Assembly (NCBI GenBank): GCA_964187785.1
Contig: OZ076409.1
Span: forward strand, 8,496,001 to 8,560,000
Source: Amphiscolops sp. MND2022
Lineage: Eukaryota
Direction of reading: 5' to 3'
Length of the DNA: 64,000 bases
Shown here: positions 37,116-50,896 of the stretch, in pieces
Position numbering within the stretch: position 1 is the stretch's first letter
Layout: each line of letters starts with the position of its first letter
Notes under the pieces: generated by a model
Database searches by the model: none
Told to the model about the DNA's origin: nothing
What the model saw: the letters and a program-made list of their open reading frames with translations, nothing else
Translations under genes and position numbers: made by a program

Positions 37116-39769
37116 GAGAGTGATGAAATGCGAAAACAAATTACAGAAATTAAAACAACTTCTAACAATCAAGAAAAAAATCTGACTTTCAACCGAAGAC
37201 CGACAAATTCACTCTTACCTGGTTCTATCATGAACATTTTTCCTATCTCTCTTTTGTAGTGAATACTATTTGCAGGGCCAAACTAGTTGCAACACTTTCA
37301 TATCCTAAACAAAACAAAACCTGAACAAATTCGAGTTTCCTTACCAGTGAAAAAAGAGACTTCAATATTTAGGCTGCCTTTTTTAAAAACCAAATATATT
37401 TTCAAACCAAGTATCATTTTTTGTAGAATCAAATACATAACAACAAAAATATGTTGTTCCCAAATTAATGGCTTCTTGGAAAATTAGATCATGCAAAATG
37501 TGAGATTGGATGATTAACTTTCTAAGCGCTCTTTTAGGAACTATATAGGTTTATGCATGAGCTAGTTTTCTGATATGCAGAGACAAGTTAGATGAAATTT
37601 TTCCGTTGCATTTTCTTTTACAAGCAAATTGAGTCTAGGAAGTGTCGTAATTTTTTCTAGAGCCTCTTTTAAGAGTAAACAGAAAATGCATTGCCACTGT
37701 TTTTTTTGTTATCAGGGAAATATCAACTCAAAAAAACTTGAAGAGCAACGAGTTTCATCTAAGATAAAGTCTTTTCAATGAGCTTCGAAACAACATTTCA
37801 GATGATTCGAGACATTTTCGGTCTTGTGTTTTATTGATGGAACTTATTTAGGTTTGAAATTTGAAAATCAGGAGGACTTCTTCATTGGTGACTGCAAAAG
37901 ATACTACTGCTTTTTAACTACGAAATCAAAACCTAAACAGGAGTTTTCTGTGTCTCCTAAGTGTTTTTCTTACGGTTCCCAGAAACTGAAATGCAATCCT
38001 AGTACGCCAAGTGTAGATATTACTCATGGCTAATCTCGGTATTGATTTACAAAAATACTAAAGCAGCAGTGGCCTAGCAATATTTCCCGTAAATTCTGCT
38101 AAAAAGCGCTTGAAAAAAATCACACATTCAAGTCTCAATTGTTATTTTCCGCCCAAAAAATGGGGGAGGAAAATCATGATCTGTGACGCGTTTTTTTCTA
38201 CAAATTCTGCCAAAACTCCACTTTATCTCCACTCCATCGAGTGAAGTGCACTTCACTTATTGCTTTCCCAGCCAGTAGGTCGTGGGTTCGAACCCAGGCT
38301 GGTGCTTGAAATTTTTTCGTGTTTCCGAGCCAGTAGGTCGTGGGATCGATCCTCTCCTTCGCCATACTTTTTTTGCAATAAGCGTGTCGCGGAAAAAATC
38401 CAGTGCTTAGCGGGCGTCTTGTTAGATACAAAAATTATCGCAAAAGAATAACACTTGAATAAATCTCCTAATCGTTCCTGCACTTACGCATTTACAGTTC
38501 CAACAAGAAAACATGGAAAAAATCCGGTGCCTTCGCCCCCGCAACATCCAATATATTTCTGAAAAACAATTGACCATCAGGATTTTTGTTGTCTGTGTTG
38601 TAACAGAAAAAAGCATTACTTTTGTTCAAACTGAAAGCAAATAGAAATGGATGCACAGTTGAAGGAGTTGGATTTTTCCCTTGTTTGAAACAATAAAAAA
38701 ACCTAAATACTAAAAAAACTTTCATTTTAATTTTTGGAATATTGGTTTTGTATGGCGTGTCAAATTAACATTGGTCAGGCACGTCACTTCGAACAGTTTG
38801 AACCTGAAACGATGGTACGCTGATGCGTTGACAAAATTCCATCACTCCGAAGCCTCTTCTTGAGCTTGAAGAATCACGGCCCTAGTTTCGAATAAAATCT
38901 AACCAAGTTTCATCTTGTGGTCAAACCCGGACCGAAACAGAAGGAAGTCTTCTTCTTCGATGACAGCGAAATAGACTCCAACGACAGTCATAGTGTTTTG
39001 AAGACCTTTACCGGAACATAGGATACGTAACATTGGTATCTGGGGGAAACGTTATCGAAGTTGTCAGTTAACTGCGGAAATTAGCAGAACATGATAAAGC
39101 GTACACAAGTCTATCAAAACTACTGTCCAACAAAATTGCAATTTCATCACCCGCACAGCGCAAAACCCCGAGAAGTTGCTGGAAGAAATTGAAAAATTAA
39201 TAGCAAATAAAGTTTATCCTCAAAAGGATCAACGAAACAATTATTGCTTAGAAGTACAAAAGTGTTTTCCCTGCACGTGAGAGAATGTGAGAATGTTATG
39301 CTACGTTCTGATCGTTGAAGCCAAAATATTCGTATTCAATCAGAGTGTGTGCCTTTTTCAGGGTAAAAAACCCAAAATCGCAAAACGGCAAGACAAGCGA
39401 GGAAAAACAAGCAGGGATGAGCTGTCTGTGGACAAACAAATTCTCACGATTGTGGCTCGGAAAAAGTGTCATGCAATAGCCTAAACGTTCTCCTACTGTG
39501 GTGAAACAATTTCAAACTTGATGGTATCGCACCTAGATATTGATTTGATCCAAAAAACATACCATCTAAATGAGCAGGCGACGAAGGTTTTGCTGCTAGC
39601 CCTTCGTTGTCCAGAAGTCGGTTAACTTAGACACTATGAATTCAGAGACACATTTGCTAAGCTTCTGAGCGAAGTCAGCTATGGTTCCGAAACATAGCCA
39701 AGTCTTCACACGTTAAAAGATCCTCCATTAAAACTCATCTTCACCACTGAAGATGAAGCTTTGCTAGAG

Positions 39770-40050
39770 GAGCGAGTCAAAATGTCGAGAGTCATAATGT
39801 CGAAAGTTAAAATGCCGAATGTCAAAATATCAAAAGTTTTGGTTAAATTGACAAATTTTCGACTGTTTGACTCGCTTGTAAAACTTGGTTTCAATATAAA
39901 TGTTCGGGCACGAGTCAAAATATCGAAATGTCATTTTGATTCGCTTCCAAGACGTAGGTGCGACAGTGAGGGCGAGCGTGCATACACCGCATATGCAAGA
40001 TATGTAATGTATCTTAGATGGGTTTTGGAAGTCGAAATGCCGAAAAAAAT
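39770..40050. repeat. Decayed GTCAAAATGTCGA array with a fragment of the shared MITE core (GCGAGCGTGCATACACCGCATATG)
   Basis: Repeated motif; core matches 44065-44090. Confidence 0.6.
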
Positions 40051-40129
40051 CAACATTTTTACTGAATGTTGTCTTTCGGCATTCTGACTGTCGTCATCAA
40101 AAAAACACTGAATTTTTTCATATTATGAA

Positions 40130-42760
40130 GAGATACAAATATATACGAGCGTAGTGTAAAAATTTAAATATAAAGTAATAATGAAAATTTTCATAAATTA
40201 ATTGTTTTTTGAACCGGTATTCTTTCCAAGATTTTTGACCACATTGACTTGACTTATAATTTTTTAAAAACTGTTTCTTTAGTCTCTTCTTCAGTGTCTA
40301 CATTTGATTTCCACTTTTGATTTCATCAGGCAAGACGTTCCATAGAGGTACCAGACGTTCTCCCTTGAAAAGACTGTTTCTCATTGCTCACTTTTTCGAC
40401 TTGTTTTGAAGGCAGTTTCTAAAATTAAGCTGGGAAAAAGTTTTAAAAAGGTTATACTTCCAAATCCAGAAAAATTTGATAGCATTCTTGTCTAACAAAT
40501 GGATAGACTGATATGATACCGTGTTTTACTCTGAAATCATGCGCATAGTCCATTTTATATCTGTTGAATGAAACACGCTTTTGTTCCCCAGTTCAAATGT
40601 TTCTCTAAAGTCTAAATTTTACTCGAAGAGATACTATTCAATAATATCGATTGACACTGGAGATGACTGATCACAAGGGAGTTTAATAGAAATTGCCAAG
40701 ATTTCTCTGGAAGAATTTCGCGACCATAATGAATGGTTTTATTACTGAAAGAAATTTTTCGTGAGAAAATCATTACCTCGTCTTGATAGTTGAGATTCCT
40801 ATCTGAATAAACTCCAAGACATTTCACAGCTTTTTTCTGTTCCATCTAATGATATCCAATTTTTAACGTAGCGTTTTTACTGCAACTGTTTTTTGATGGT
40901 TTACAGAAAACAATGAACTGTCTTGACAGCAATAATTTTGAGACGGTGGATTGCAACAGTATCAAAGAGTTTTTTTTATGCCTTTCTGCAGGTAATCAAC
41001 GCCAGTTACAATGTCTTTAGCTGCTTCAAAAATTAGAGTATCATCCGCATACTGAACCAAGTACAGTGGAGATTGAATGGAACATTTCATGTTGTTACAT
41101 GTATATTTAGAAGTAACGGCCCAGTACAGTACCTTGTGGAACTCCTTGAAATAAATTGATCCAATCGGATTTCGATGTTGATAATACTAACCTTTTTGTT
41201 CTCAGATCACGAACGTTTCATGTAGAGACACTGCCTTTTTTTCTATCGAAATGACGTTCCCTTAGTTTTTTAGTGGATTTTCATGTGAAATAGAGTCAAA
41301 TGTCTTGAACAAATACTGAAAAGCTGCTCTACCTGTTTTATTGCAATCAAATTCTTTCTTGTTTTGTTTCGTAGGATATACTAGTGCATCAGTTGCGGAA
41401 TTTATTTCGGAAGCAAAATTGTACGTGGCTAAGGTTTGTTTGTTTTTTTTTCTCAAAAAAATCCATCATTCGTTCACTATTGACTTTTTAAATAATTTTC
41501 GATGTTGCGGCCGTTACAGATATTTGCGTCTACAATTCGTTGGATCTTCGGTAGAACCTTTTTGGAAAACTGGGCAAACATCAGCTCTTTTGCGTTCACT
41601 ACGGAACCCATCTTGATACAAGGAAGCGTTTATCAAAAAGCAGATTTGTTCGGCATTCGTGCTGATAGAAATTTTTTGAGCACCAGCTGGTGTTTCGGAC
41701 TGTCTCAAAGGATTACAATGCTCCAGTTCTTCTAGAGACTTTTTTTATCTATTATAGATGCTGATAGATTCAAATTCGAACATCAGAATCTTGCTTTTGG
41801 CATTTTTCTTATTATTTCAATAAAGAATATGCTAAGAACTTAAGACCTGACCAACTTTTGAGAAACGGTAGTTCAGTAAATTCACTAGCTTATGCTGTTC
41901 TCTACAGATGTCGCCAAAAACGTTTTTGAGTGATAAAACTACAGTTTTGTTTTTCTTAGAATTTCGCGCTTCTCTTAGGACGTTTTAATTTTCTTTATGT
42001 GACTTGTGATTTTTGAACGTGGTAAAGTTATTGCCAGCAAATTTTCATCAATACTTTCAACGAACTTCCGTTGTATTTCTTATACTGTACGAGAGATAGT
42101 CTGGAAGCCTGAATTTTCTCACATTATTGTACATTTCGATTGATTTTTTTCAGCCCATGAAGTCTGTATGGTTGAGATTTTTCATCACGAATGAAGATGT
42201 TTCTCTTGATGGCACATTTACTCATCGCATTTCCTAAGATGTCAAAGAAAATCGTAGAACCATTCTTCAGCACTTTTGACTGGTATTTCGATGTTCGTTG
42301 TCAAAACAAATGATGTCAGGGGAACAAGCTTCAGTATGACCATTTCAAATTATATTGTTTTCGATTCGCTGGCTAAAAGTTACAGAATAGGTCTAGACGA
42401 CTCGTGCAGCTGTCACGAGCAGTTGAATAAGCTGAAGTACGAAGTGCGCATTCGCAAAGATGAAAAGGCTAGGTTTGTACTTGTGGTTTTGGCTTGCCGG
42501 ACCATGTGCGTCGTTGTCAGTGACCTGAGCTTTTGCGAAAAGATATGAAGTATGCTCAAACGTCATAACGTACATCCTTACGACAACCAGCATTGCGCTT
42601 CTGAAGACTGCAACACTCTCCATAAGAGGCTCAAGGTCTGCAGACTGAAAAGTATCACGATGTCTTCCCAACGAATGATAGTTTCGAGATGGTCACAAAC
42701 TACAATCCTACTATTATAGCAACCACTAATTTGATTGATATGTATAGACGGATTGCTCAA
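40130..42760 (-). mobile_element. Heavily decayed CR1/L2-like LINE (RT remnant)
   Basis: Minus-strand QGVPQGTVLGPLL (about 41112-41150), QYADDT (about 41038-41055), KCLGVYSDRNL, PVFQKGS..DPTNCR; many stops; boundaries approximate. Confidence 0.8.
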
Positions 42761-42770
42761 ATTTCGAAAA

Positions 42771-42905
42771 CTGTAGTGAAATGGTCAGCACGTCATGTTG
42801 CGAATTGGAAGAATAGGTTCGAATCCTGTCAGCAATGAATCTTTGCTTCAGTGTCTAGATAGTTTAAGGGTTGCTATAGTAATAAGATCGAAACGCACTT
42901 CTGTA
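42771..42905 (+). mobile_element. tRNA-derived SINE-like head
   Basis: TAGTGAAATGG A-box-like motif and GGTTCGAATCC B box. Confidence 0.45.
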
Positions 42906-43688
42906 ACTAAGATCTAAAGAGTTAAGATCTAAATGTCATTTTTCGTAATTATTATCTAGAGAATGCTTGCTCCCGAATCTTAACTAAAGTCTAAGTTTCA
43001 GACGTTATTCCCGTTTTTCGGATGTTATTCCCGGCTTGGAATTGATTTGAAGTATAAAATGTGCCACGGATATGTTCCCATTTCCTCAAGTGCCACCGGC
43101 CCTTTGTGTCGCTTATCTTCCCATCTTTCTAGGTGAGATTGAACAGGAGCTCAAACCTAGCGTTAACGGAGATCGCGAAGTATAGTAATGGCCGCTGGTC
43201 TTTGAGATGGTCAGCGCGAGCGTGCATACACCGTATATGACCTCACCTTTTTCGGTAGACGTTATTCTTGTTCAATTCAGACTTGTTACGGTGCATGCTT
43301 TTCAGATTTAGTTACGAAACTTCTTACGATCTTGTTCCTTAGACTTTAGTTATTGTCCCCAGTTTCAGGGAGGCTATCATGATGCGAAAATGATTGCTGC
43401 TATACTCTTTACACTTTTCATAAAATTTGTCATCAGTAGCTCCTATAAGGTAGCAATCATTTTGCATCAGCTAGTGCTAGTTTCCAATGTGTACGCTGTT
43501 TATAGTTTGAGCTAAGAACGGAAGTTTCAATAGCAACTTCTTACAGGCCAGACTATATGTTTGAAATTTTTTCCTCCATCAGAAATCATGGATCTTCGTC
43601 ATCAATTAAGTGCCATGTGTACCATCATTTTGGGGGGAGAAGACACACACCCGTGGTCTGCAACGAAAGTAGGGAACCCCATACCAGC

Positions 43689-44244
43689 GGTAAATGGTCA
43701 ATTGGCTTAATGCCATTTGGCTTAAAGTCATTTGGCTTAATACAATTGGTCACTTGGCTTAATTTTTTAAGCTAAGCGTCTCGGGTATTGGTCACTTGGC
43801 TTAAAGTCATTTGACTTAAAACCACTTAGTTGAAAACACGTGGCAGAATTTGTCGAATTCATCTTTATAACGTAGTCAGCGTATTATTATAACATGTCAT
43901 ATCAAGTACCCCTCGGATATGTCCCCATTTCCTCTAGTGCCCTGCGGCCCCTTGGGGCCGCTTATATTCCCATCTTGCTAAGCGAGGTCGAACAGGAGCA
44001 AAGACCTAGCAGGAACGAAGATCGCGAAGCGATCGTACTGGGAGCTGGTCTTTGCGACGCTGAGGGCGAGCGTGCATACACCGCATATGCCCCACATTAT
44101 GATATTTCCGGGAGTTGACATATTTATTCCTTGAGTTGGAATGGAGTTGGCTTAATTTTGTGGTCACTTGGCTTAAAATCTTCAAGCCAAATGACTCGAC
44201 GAAAAAATAAAGCCAAATGGTATTAAGCCAAGTGACTGGTAACC
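43689..44244. mobile_element. Foldback MITE with TTGGCTTAA arrays, copy 1
   Basis: Imperfect TIR GGTAAATGGTCA../..TGACTGGTAACC; 8-bp flanking repeat ATACC(A/T)GC. Confidence 0.85.
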
Positions 44245-44381
44245 ATACCTGCCACTTTCCCAGTAGAGCAGTCACAAAAAAAAACAACTAACAAGCTACT
44301 CAAACCAGCCATCATCCCAGTAGACCGGTAGAATATTTTTAAAGCTGCAACGATATAGAGGTTAAAAAATTAAGCTATATG

Positions 44382-47300
44382 TGTTAGAGATCGATGAAGG
44401 TCAAAGGACCATTAAAGGTCAACCATCTCAGACTATACCAGATTGAACTAATTTAGTATAATATTGTTGTTTGTAAACATGTACCTGTTATTTTATCTTC
44501 ACTTGACTGAATCACTTTATCAACTCACAACACAAAATAAAGTATTGACAATAACTACTCTTCACCAATCTTCCGACAACCCAGCTACGACCAGAAGGAG
44601 CTCAGGCCCTAATAGGTTATGGACCCAGCAATTTGGTGAGTTTGCCTTTTTCCTTTAAAAAAACCTTTTTCTGCTTACTTTGACTATGCTCGGCTGATTT
44701 TTTTTTCGCTCTCCATTTTTCCTTTTTGCGTCTCGGATATCCACAATTTTTGCTATTTATGCCGTCCGTTACCGCCGTTTCGCTTTCGCTAACTTTGTAG
44801 CTTATCTTCGTGGGAATCCCTGTTTTGCTGCCCTCATTTTTGTTTCAGTTACTTCTTTCTGCCTGCTTCGGGCTTTTGTTGGAGTTTGTGAGGGATGGAT
44901 CGACCTTTGCAGTATCTCCAGTTCTCTGGCAAGGAAGAAGACTTCGCTGTGTGGCAGGAGCGATTCGAGGGGTTCTGTTTCACGAAGAAGCTGCTGAACG
45001 TGCTGAATGGAACAGATGCTGGCACGAATGACAAGAAGTACGAAATTTGGGCGTACTTGGTACAGTGTCTTGACAGCCGCAGTATCCTGATGCTGACGAA
45101 CGACTGCAAGGGTGATGGTCCGAAGGCATGGCAACTACTGCGGGACCACTTCAACAGCACCGAATTACCGAGGTTGATGAACCTATTGGAGAAGTTCACA
45201 ACCCTGCGCTTGGAGCCCACGGGGAGCATGGTTGACTACCTGACTCGAGCGGAGTATGTTAGTAAGCAGTTGGAGCTCGCTGGTGAGAAAGTTTCTGAAA
45301 ACATGTTAACTTCGATAGTTCTTAAGGGTTTGCCTTCCGAATATGACTATTTCAAAACTGTGCACGATTTTTCGAAAGATAAGGCGTCTTTTGTGGAAGT
45401 AAAGAAAGCATTAAAAAATTTCGAAAGTTCTCGTAACCTACAAACTGCGACAGCTAGCAATGAAAATGTTGCCTTGTTATCCAAAGGAACTCTTGCGAAA
45501 AGTTCCGCGCGTAAACCTGAAAAGTTCAAGGGAAAGTGTAGGCGTTGCGGTAAAAGTGGACATAAACAAGCCACTTGTAGAGTATCCCAGTGTAACTTTT
45601 GCAGGCGTTTTGGCCATGAAGAGAATAAATGTTTCAAGAAAAACCCTCTTTTTAACCCTAAGTCAAGTGCTGAGACAGGAGAGTCAAACCTTGCTGAGGA
45701 CTTAGTTTTCTTTTGCGATGGTAGTGAGACTGCACTCACTAGCCATAAATGCGAGGTGAAGAAGCACACTTTGGTCATCGACTCTGGTGCTTCCTCGCAT
45801 GTTTTTTGACCGTTCCCTGTTCTTCGACTTTAGCGAAGAAGCACAACGCAAAGTAAAAAATGCGAATGGGACTTTTTCGCAAGTTGAGGGTGTTGGAAAA
45901 GTTTCTCTTTTACTTTTGGACAAAGAAGGGATCGAACGCTGTGTGACATTTTCCGACTGTCTTTTTCTTCCTGATCATTCTCATAACTTGATCAGCGTTA
46001 GCAAGTTGAGACAAAACGGGGCTCAAGTGAATTTCGGAAAGTCTCTGAGCATTTTTGTCAATCAAAGAGCAACTATTCCTTTTGAAGAGCACGCTAATCT
46101 TTACGTTTTGAAAGGAAAGACATTTGATGTTTGCTCTTTTTCCGGCGAAAACGAAGAAGCGGTGTTGTGGCATCATCGCCTTGGTCACAACAATTTCAAA
46201 AATGTGAAACGTTTGGCTCATCATGTTTCGGGTATGAGCTTGAAACACAGTGCTTTGAAACACAGTGATAAACTTTGTTGTTGTGAAGTTTGCAAAATTT
46301 CTAAGTCACAACGGCAACCAGTATCGCGAAAAATGGAGAAACGAAAATCTTCAAAACTTGATCTCGTCTTCACTGACATTTTGGGACCGATGCCAACTAC
46401 TTCGCTTGGTGGCAATCGATACGCTATTTCTTTTACGGACAGCTACAGCAGGTACTCAGCGGTATATTTCCTCAAATCGAAAGAGGAGTGCCTAGATGAA
46501 ATCAAAGTTTTTTGTGCGCAAAAGGGAACGTCCAGAGCAATCCGTTCTAATAATGGGAAAGAGTGCATTTCCAAGTCTTTTCGAAGTTTTTGTATATCAA
46601 ACCGAATCAAACGTGAGCATACTGCCCCTTATTCGCCTCATCAAAATGGCGTGAGTGAACGTCGCTGGCGAACAACAGTCGAAATGGCTCGCTGCATGCT
46701 AAAAACAGCAAAACTCGGCAATGAATTTTGGGTTCGGGCCTTACACACTGCTTTCTACATTTCAAATCGTTGCCTCACAGTTAGTTTACCAAAAGGTAAA
46801 ACGCCCTTCGAAATGTTTTTTGGTAAAAAACCAGATCTTTCCAACTTGAAAGTTTTTGGATGTACTGCTTTCAAACACATTGAAACGCATCAAGACAAAC
46901 TTTCCGATAAAGCCACCAAAGATGTTTTTGTTGGTTATTCTGAGGATTCCGAAGCATACATTTTGTACAATCCTTATTCTAAAAAGACTTCGTTTTCTCG
47001 CAAAGTCTCCTTTGATGAGACTTCTTTTGACTTTTTTGCTGCGCACCCAAGTCAAAACATCCGAGCATTTGTAACCAAAAAACCGGCACCGAAACAAGTT
47101 TTGACTGAAACACAGAAACATTTTTGCGAAATGTCTTCAGTTCCTATTTTACCGACTGAAACATTGAATGATTTCGAAACTGAAACAACTCCTTCCCCCG
47201 TTGATGTTGTTTCATCTGAAAACATTGATGCCAATGAAAGTAGTGCTTTTTTGCGGTCTCGAAGTGGGAGAGTTATCAAACCGCCTGCGTATCTAGACGA

Positions 47301-49357
47301 CTACGTTCTCTTAACGGATGACGGCGATGAGAATCTAACTTATCGTGAAGCAATGAAGTCATCGCTTAAAAGCGAGTGGATCGAAGCTACTCAAAAGGAG
47401 TACGATGCGCTCATTGAGAACAAAACCTGGGTGATTTCTCCGCTTCCCCCGGGCCGAAAAGCAATTGGAAGCCGGTGGGTTTTTAAAATTAAGCGACACG
47501 ACGACGGAACTATTGAAAAATTCAAGGCTCGTTTTGTAGCCCAAGAGTTTTCGCAAGTTTTTGGGAACGATTACGATGAAACTTTTGCGCCTACTGCCAA
47601 ACTTTGTACCTTGAGGTTTTGTTTTGCGCTCGCTGCTTCTTGGTCGACTTTTGTTTTTCAGTTAGACGTCCGTTCAGCCTTCCTCAATGCGAACTTGAGT
47701 GATGAAATTTATATAGAACAACCAGAAGGCTTCGCGCAAGCGGGGGCTAATGGTGAAACATTTTATTGCAAGCTTCAAAAATGCCTTTATGGTTTAAAGC
47801 AAGCAGGGAGGGAATGGAACAAAACTTTAACCCAGTGGTTTTTGAAGAACGAATTTGTACAGTCTGCCGAGGATCATTGTCTTTTTCGTTGCGATGGGAC
47901 TAATGGTTCCCAACTTTTTGTACTATTTTGGGTCGACGACATTTTGTTTTTTCCAAACAACGACAAAATGCTGCATGATTTCAAGGCGAAACTCAGCGAT
48001 GCATTCAGCATCGATGATCGTGGGAAAATGACTTGGTTTTTGGGATGCAATGTTGAACAGTCACGCGGTCACATTTCTCTTCGTCAGCGGTCATAAATAA
48101 AGGACATTTTGCGCAAAAGTCATATGTCTGATTGTAAACCAGTCAGTACTCCAGCTATTCCCCATACGAAACAGTCGAAATCGGACTGCCCTATCGAAGG
48201 TAGTGAAAAGTCACTTGATATTTGCGAACAGAAACAATATCGTAGCTTAGTTGGAAACTTAATGTATTTGTCCGTTGTTAGTCGCCCCGATATTTGCTTT
48301 GCTGTCTATAACTTAGCACAGTTCGTGTCAAATCCTGGTAAAGCCCATTGGTGTGCATTGAAACACCTTCTCCGTTTTCTCAAGGGCACCGAGTCTCTAT
48401 CTCTTATGTATAACCGCTCTGAAAATCTCGAACTTTTTGGTTTTTCGGATTCCGATTGGGCCACCGACAAGGACGATCGCAAGTCAACTTCGGGTTTTTG
48501 CTTCAAACTAAGTCGTTCTGGTAGTGTTGTCTCTTGGGCGTCCAAAAAGCAAGGGTGTGTGGCACTTAGCTCTTGTGAAGCCGAGTATGTTTCGTTGGCT
48601 TTGGCTGCACAGGAAGCAGTCTATTTGCAAGGCTTGCTCACATTCTTCTGCTTGATGACGGTGGACACGCCTGTTCTGTTGTGTGGTGACAATCAAGGGG
48701 CACTCGCACTGGCCAGCAACCGTGTCGCCCACAAACGTGCTAAACACATAGAAACCCGACACCACTTCATCCGTCAACTGGTTGAGGACAAACGCATTCA
48801 ACTGTCTTATGTCCCCACAAAAAACAACTTGGCTGATATCTTCACCAAGAACCTACCCAAGCCTGCCTTCAATGAGCTCTCATCGCAACTCTTCGTCATT
48901 CAGCCATCCCGATCAACAACTTAACCCTTACCTCCCTCACAACTCAATTATTTTAAATTACTCATTCTTGTGTTTATGTTATCACTGGGACTGTGACGAT
49001 TTTCAACTTCTCTTCAACTGATGGTTAGAGCCCTCTCAACCGCTGCCTTGACACGACAGATGGTCAAGCACAGTGGTTCGCCATCATCAAACAACAACCC
49101 TCGGAGTCTCTCATCGAGCGGGGGTGTTAGAGATCGATGAAGGTCAAAGGACCATTAAAGGTCAACCATCCCAGGCTATACCAGATTGAACTAATTTAGT
49201 ATATTATTGTTGTTTGTAAACATGTACCTGTTATTTTATCTTCACTTGACTGAATCACTTTATCAACTCACAACACAAAATAAAGTATTGACAATAACTA
49301 CTCTTCACCAATCTTCCGACAACCCAGCTACGACCAGAAGGAGCTCAGGCCCTAATA
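44382..49357 (+). mobile_element. Second Ty1/copia element (different family), degenerate
   Basis: 233-bp LTRs 44382-44614 and 49125-49357 (TG...TA, about 3 differences); PBS GGTTATGGACCCAG; PPT GAGCGGGGG. Confidence 0.95.
44895..48924 (+). pseudogene. Disrupted copia gag-pol: frameshift near 45800, in-frame TAA at 48094-48096, integrase catalytic D changed to N (SNNG)
   Basis: ORFs 44895-45809, 45787-48096 and 48109-48924 carry Gag/CCHC/IDSGAS, integrase/FWVDD and SDSDWA/ADIFTK motifs. Confidence 0.92.
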
Positions 49358-49905
49358 GGTTATGGACCCAGCAATTTGGTGAGTTTGCCTTTTTCCATAA
49401 AAAAACAATTTTCTGCTTACTTTGACTATGCTCGTCTGATCTTATTTTTCGCTCTCCATTTTTCCTTTTTGCGTCTCGGATATCCACAATTTTTGCTATT
49501 TATGCCGTCCGTTACCGCCGCTTCGCTTTCGCTAACTTTGTAGCTTATCTTCGTGGGAATCCCTGTTTTGCTGCCCTCATTTTTGTTTCAGTTACTTCTT
49601 TCTGCCTGCTTCGGGCTTTTGTTGGAGTTTGTGAGGGATGGATCGACCTTTGCAGTATCTCCAGTTCTCTGGCAAGGAAGAAGACTTCGCTGTGTGGCAG
49701 GAGCGATTCCAGGGGTTCTGTTTCACGAAGAAGCTGCTGAACGTGCTGAATGGAACAGATGCTGGCACGAATGACAAGAAGTACGAAATTTGGGCGTACT
49801 TGGTACAGTGTCTTGACAGCCGCAGTATCCTGATGCTGACAAACGACTGCAAGGGTGATGGTCCCAAGGCATGGCAACTACTGCGGGACCACTTCAACAG
49901 CACCG
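49358..49905 (+). mobile_element. Second, truncated copy of the copia internal region (PBS, 5' UTR, gag start) after the 3' LTR
   Basis: Near-identical to 44615-45162; breaks at ...CAGCACCG. Confidence 0.93.
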
Positions 49906-50399
49906 CTGGTCTTTGAGATGGTCAGTGCGAGCGTGCATACACCGTATATGACCTCACCTTTTTCGGTAGACGTTATTCTTGTTCAATTCAGACTTGTTAC
50001 GGTGCATGCTTTTCAGATTTAGTTACGAAACTTCTTACGATCTTGTTCCTTAGACTTTAGTTATTGTCCCCAGTTTCAGGGAGGCTATCATGATGCGAAA
50101 ATGATTGTTGCTATACTCTTTACACTTTTCATAAAATTTGTCATCAGTAGCTCCTATAAGGTAGCAATCATTTTGCATCAGCTAGTGCTTGTTTCCAATG
50201 TGTACGCTGTTTATAGTTTGAGCTAAGAACGGAAGTTCCAAAAGCAATTTCTTACAGGCCAGACTATATGTTTGAAATTTTTTCCTCCATCAGAAATCAT
50301 GGATCTTCGTCATCAATAAAGTGCCATGTGTACCATCATTTTGGGGGGAGAAGACACACACCCGTGGTCTGCAACGAAAGTAGGGAACCCCATACCAGC

Positions 50400-50896
50400 G
50401 GTAAATGGTCAATTGGCTTAATGCCATTTGGCTTAAAGTCATTTGGCTTAATACAATTGGTCACTTGGCTTAATTTTTTAAGCTAAGCGTCTCGGGTATT
50501 GGTCACTTGGTCATCTTTATAACGTAGTCAGCGTATTATTATAACATGTCATATCAAGTACCCCTCGGATATGTCCCCATTTCCTCTAGTGCCCTGCGGC
50601 CCCTTGGGGCCGCTTATATTCCCATCTTGCTAAGCGAGGTCGAACAGGAGCGAAGACCTAGCAGGAACGAAGATCGCGAAGCGATCGTACTGGGAGCTGG
50701 TCTTTGCGACAGTGAGGGCGAGCGTGCATACACCGCATATGCCCCACATTATGATATTTCCGGGAGTTGACATATTAATTCCTTGAGTTGGAATGGAGTT
50801 GGCTTAATTTTGTGGTCACTTGGCTTAAAATTTTCAAGCCAAATGACTCGACGAAAAAATAAAGCCAAATGGTATTAAGCCAAGTGACTGGTAACC
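50400..50896. mobile_element. Same MITE, copy 2 (part of the segmental duplication, internally deleted)
   Basis: Same flanks as copy 1. Confidence 0.85.

Noticed and set aside
43894..44118. Repeated 74-85-aa ORF MSYQVPLGY... (also 50546 and 51595)
   Set aside because: It lies in a MITE core; recurrence reflects repeat copies, and the older copy near 43060 does not clearly keep it.
45787..45809. Programmed gag/pol frameshift in the second copia
   Set aside because: It falls inside the protease at a T-run, the related element has a single ORF, and this copy has other lesions; it is more likely a mutation or sequencing indel.
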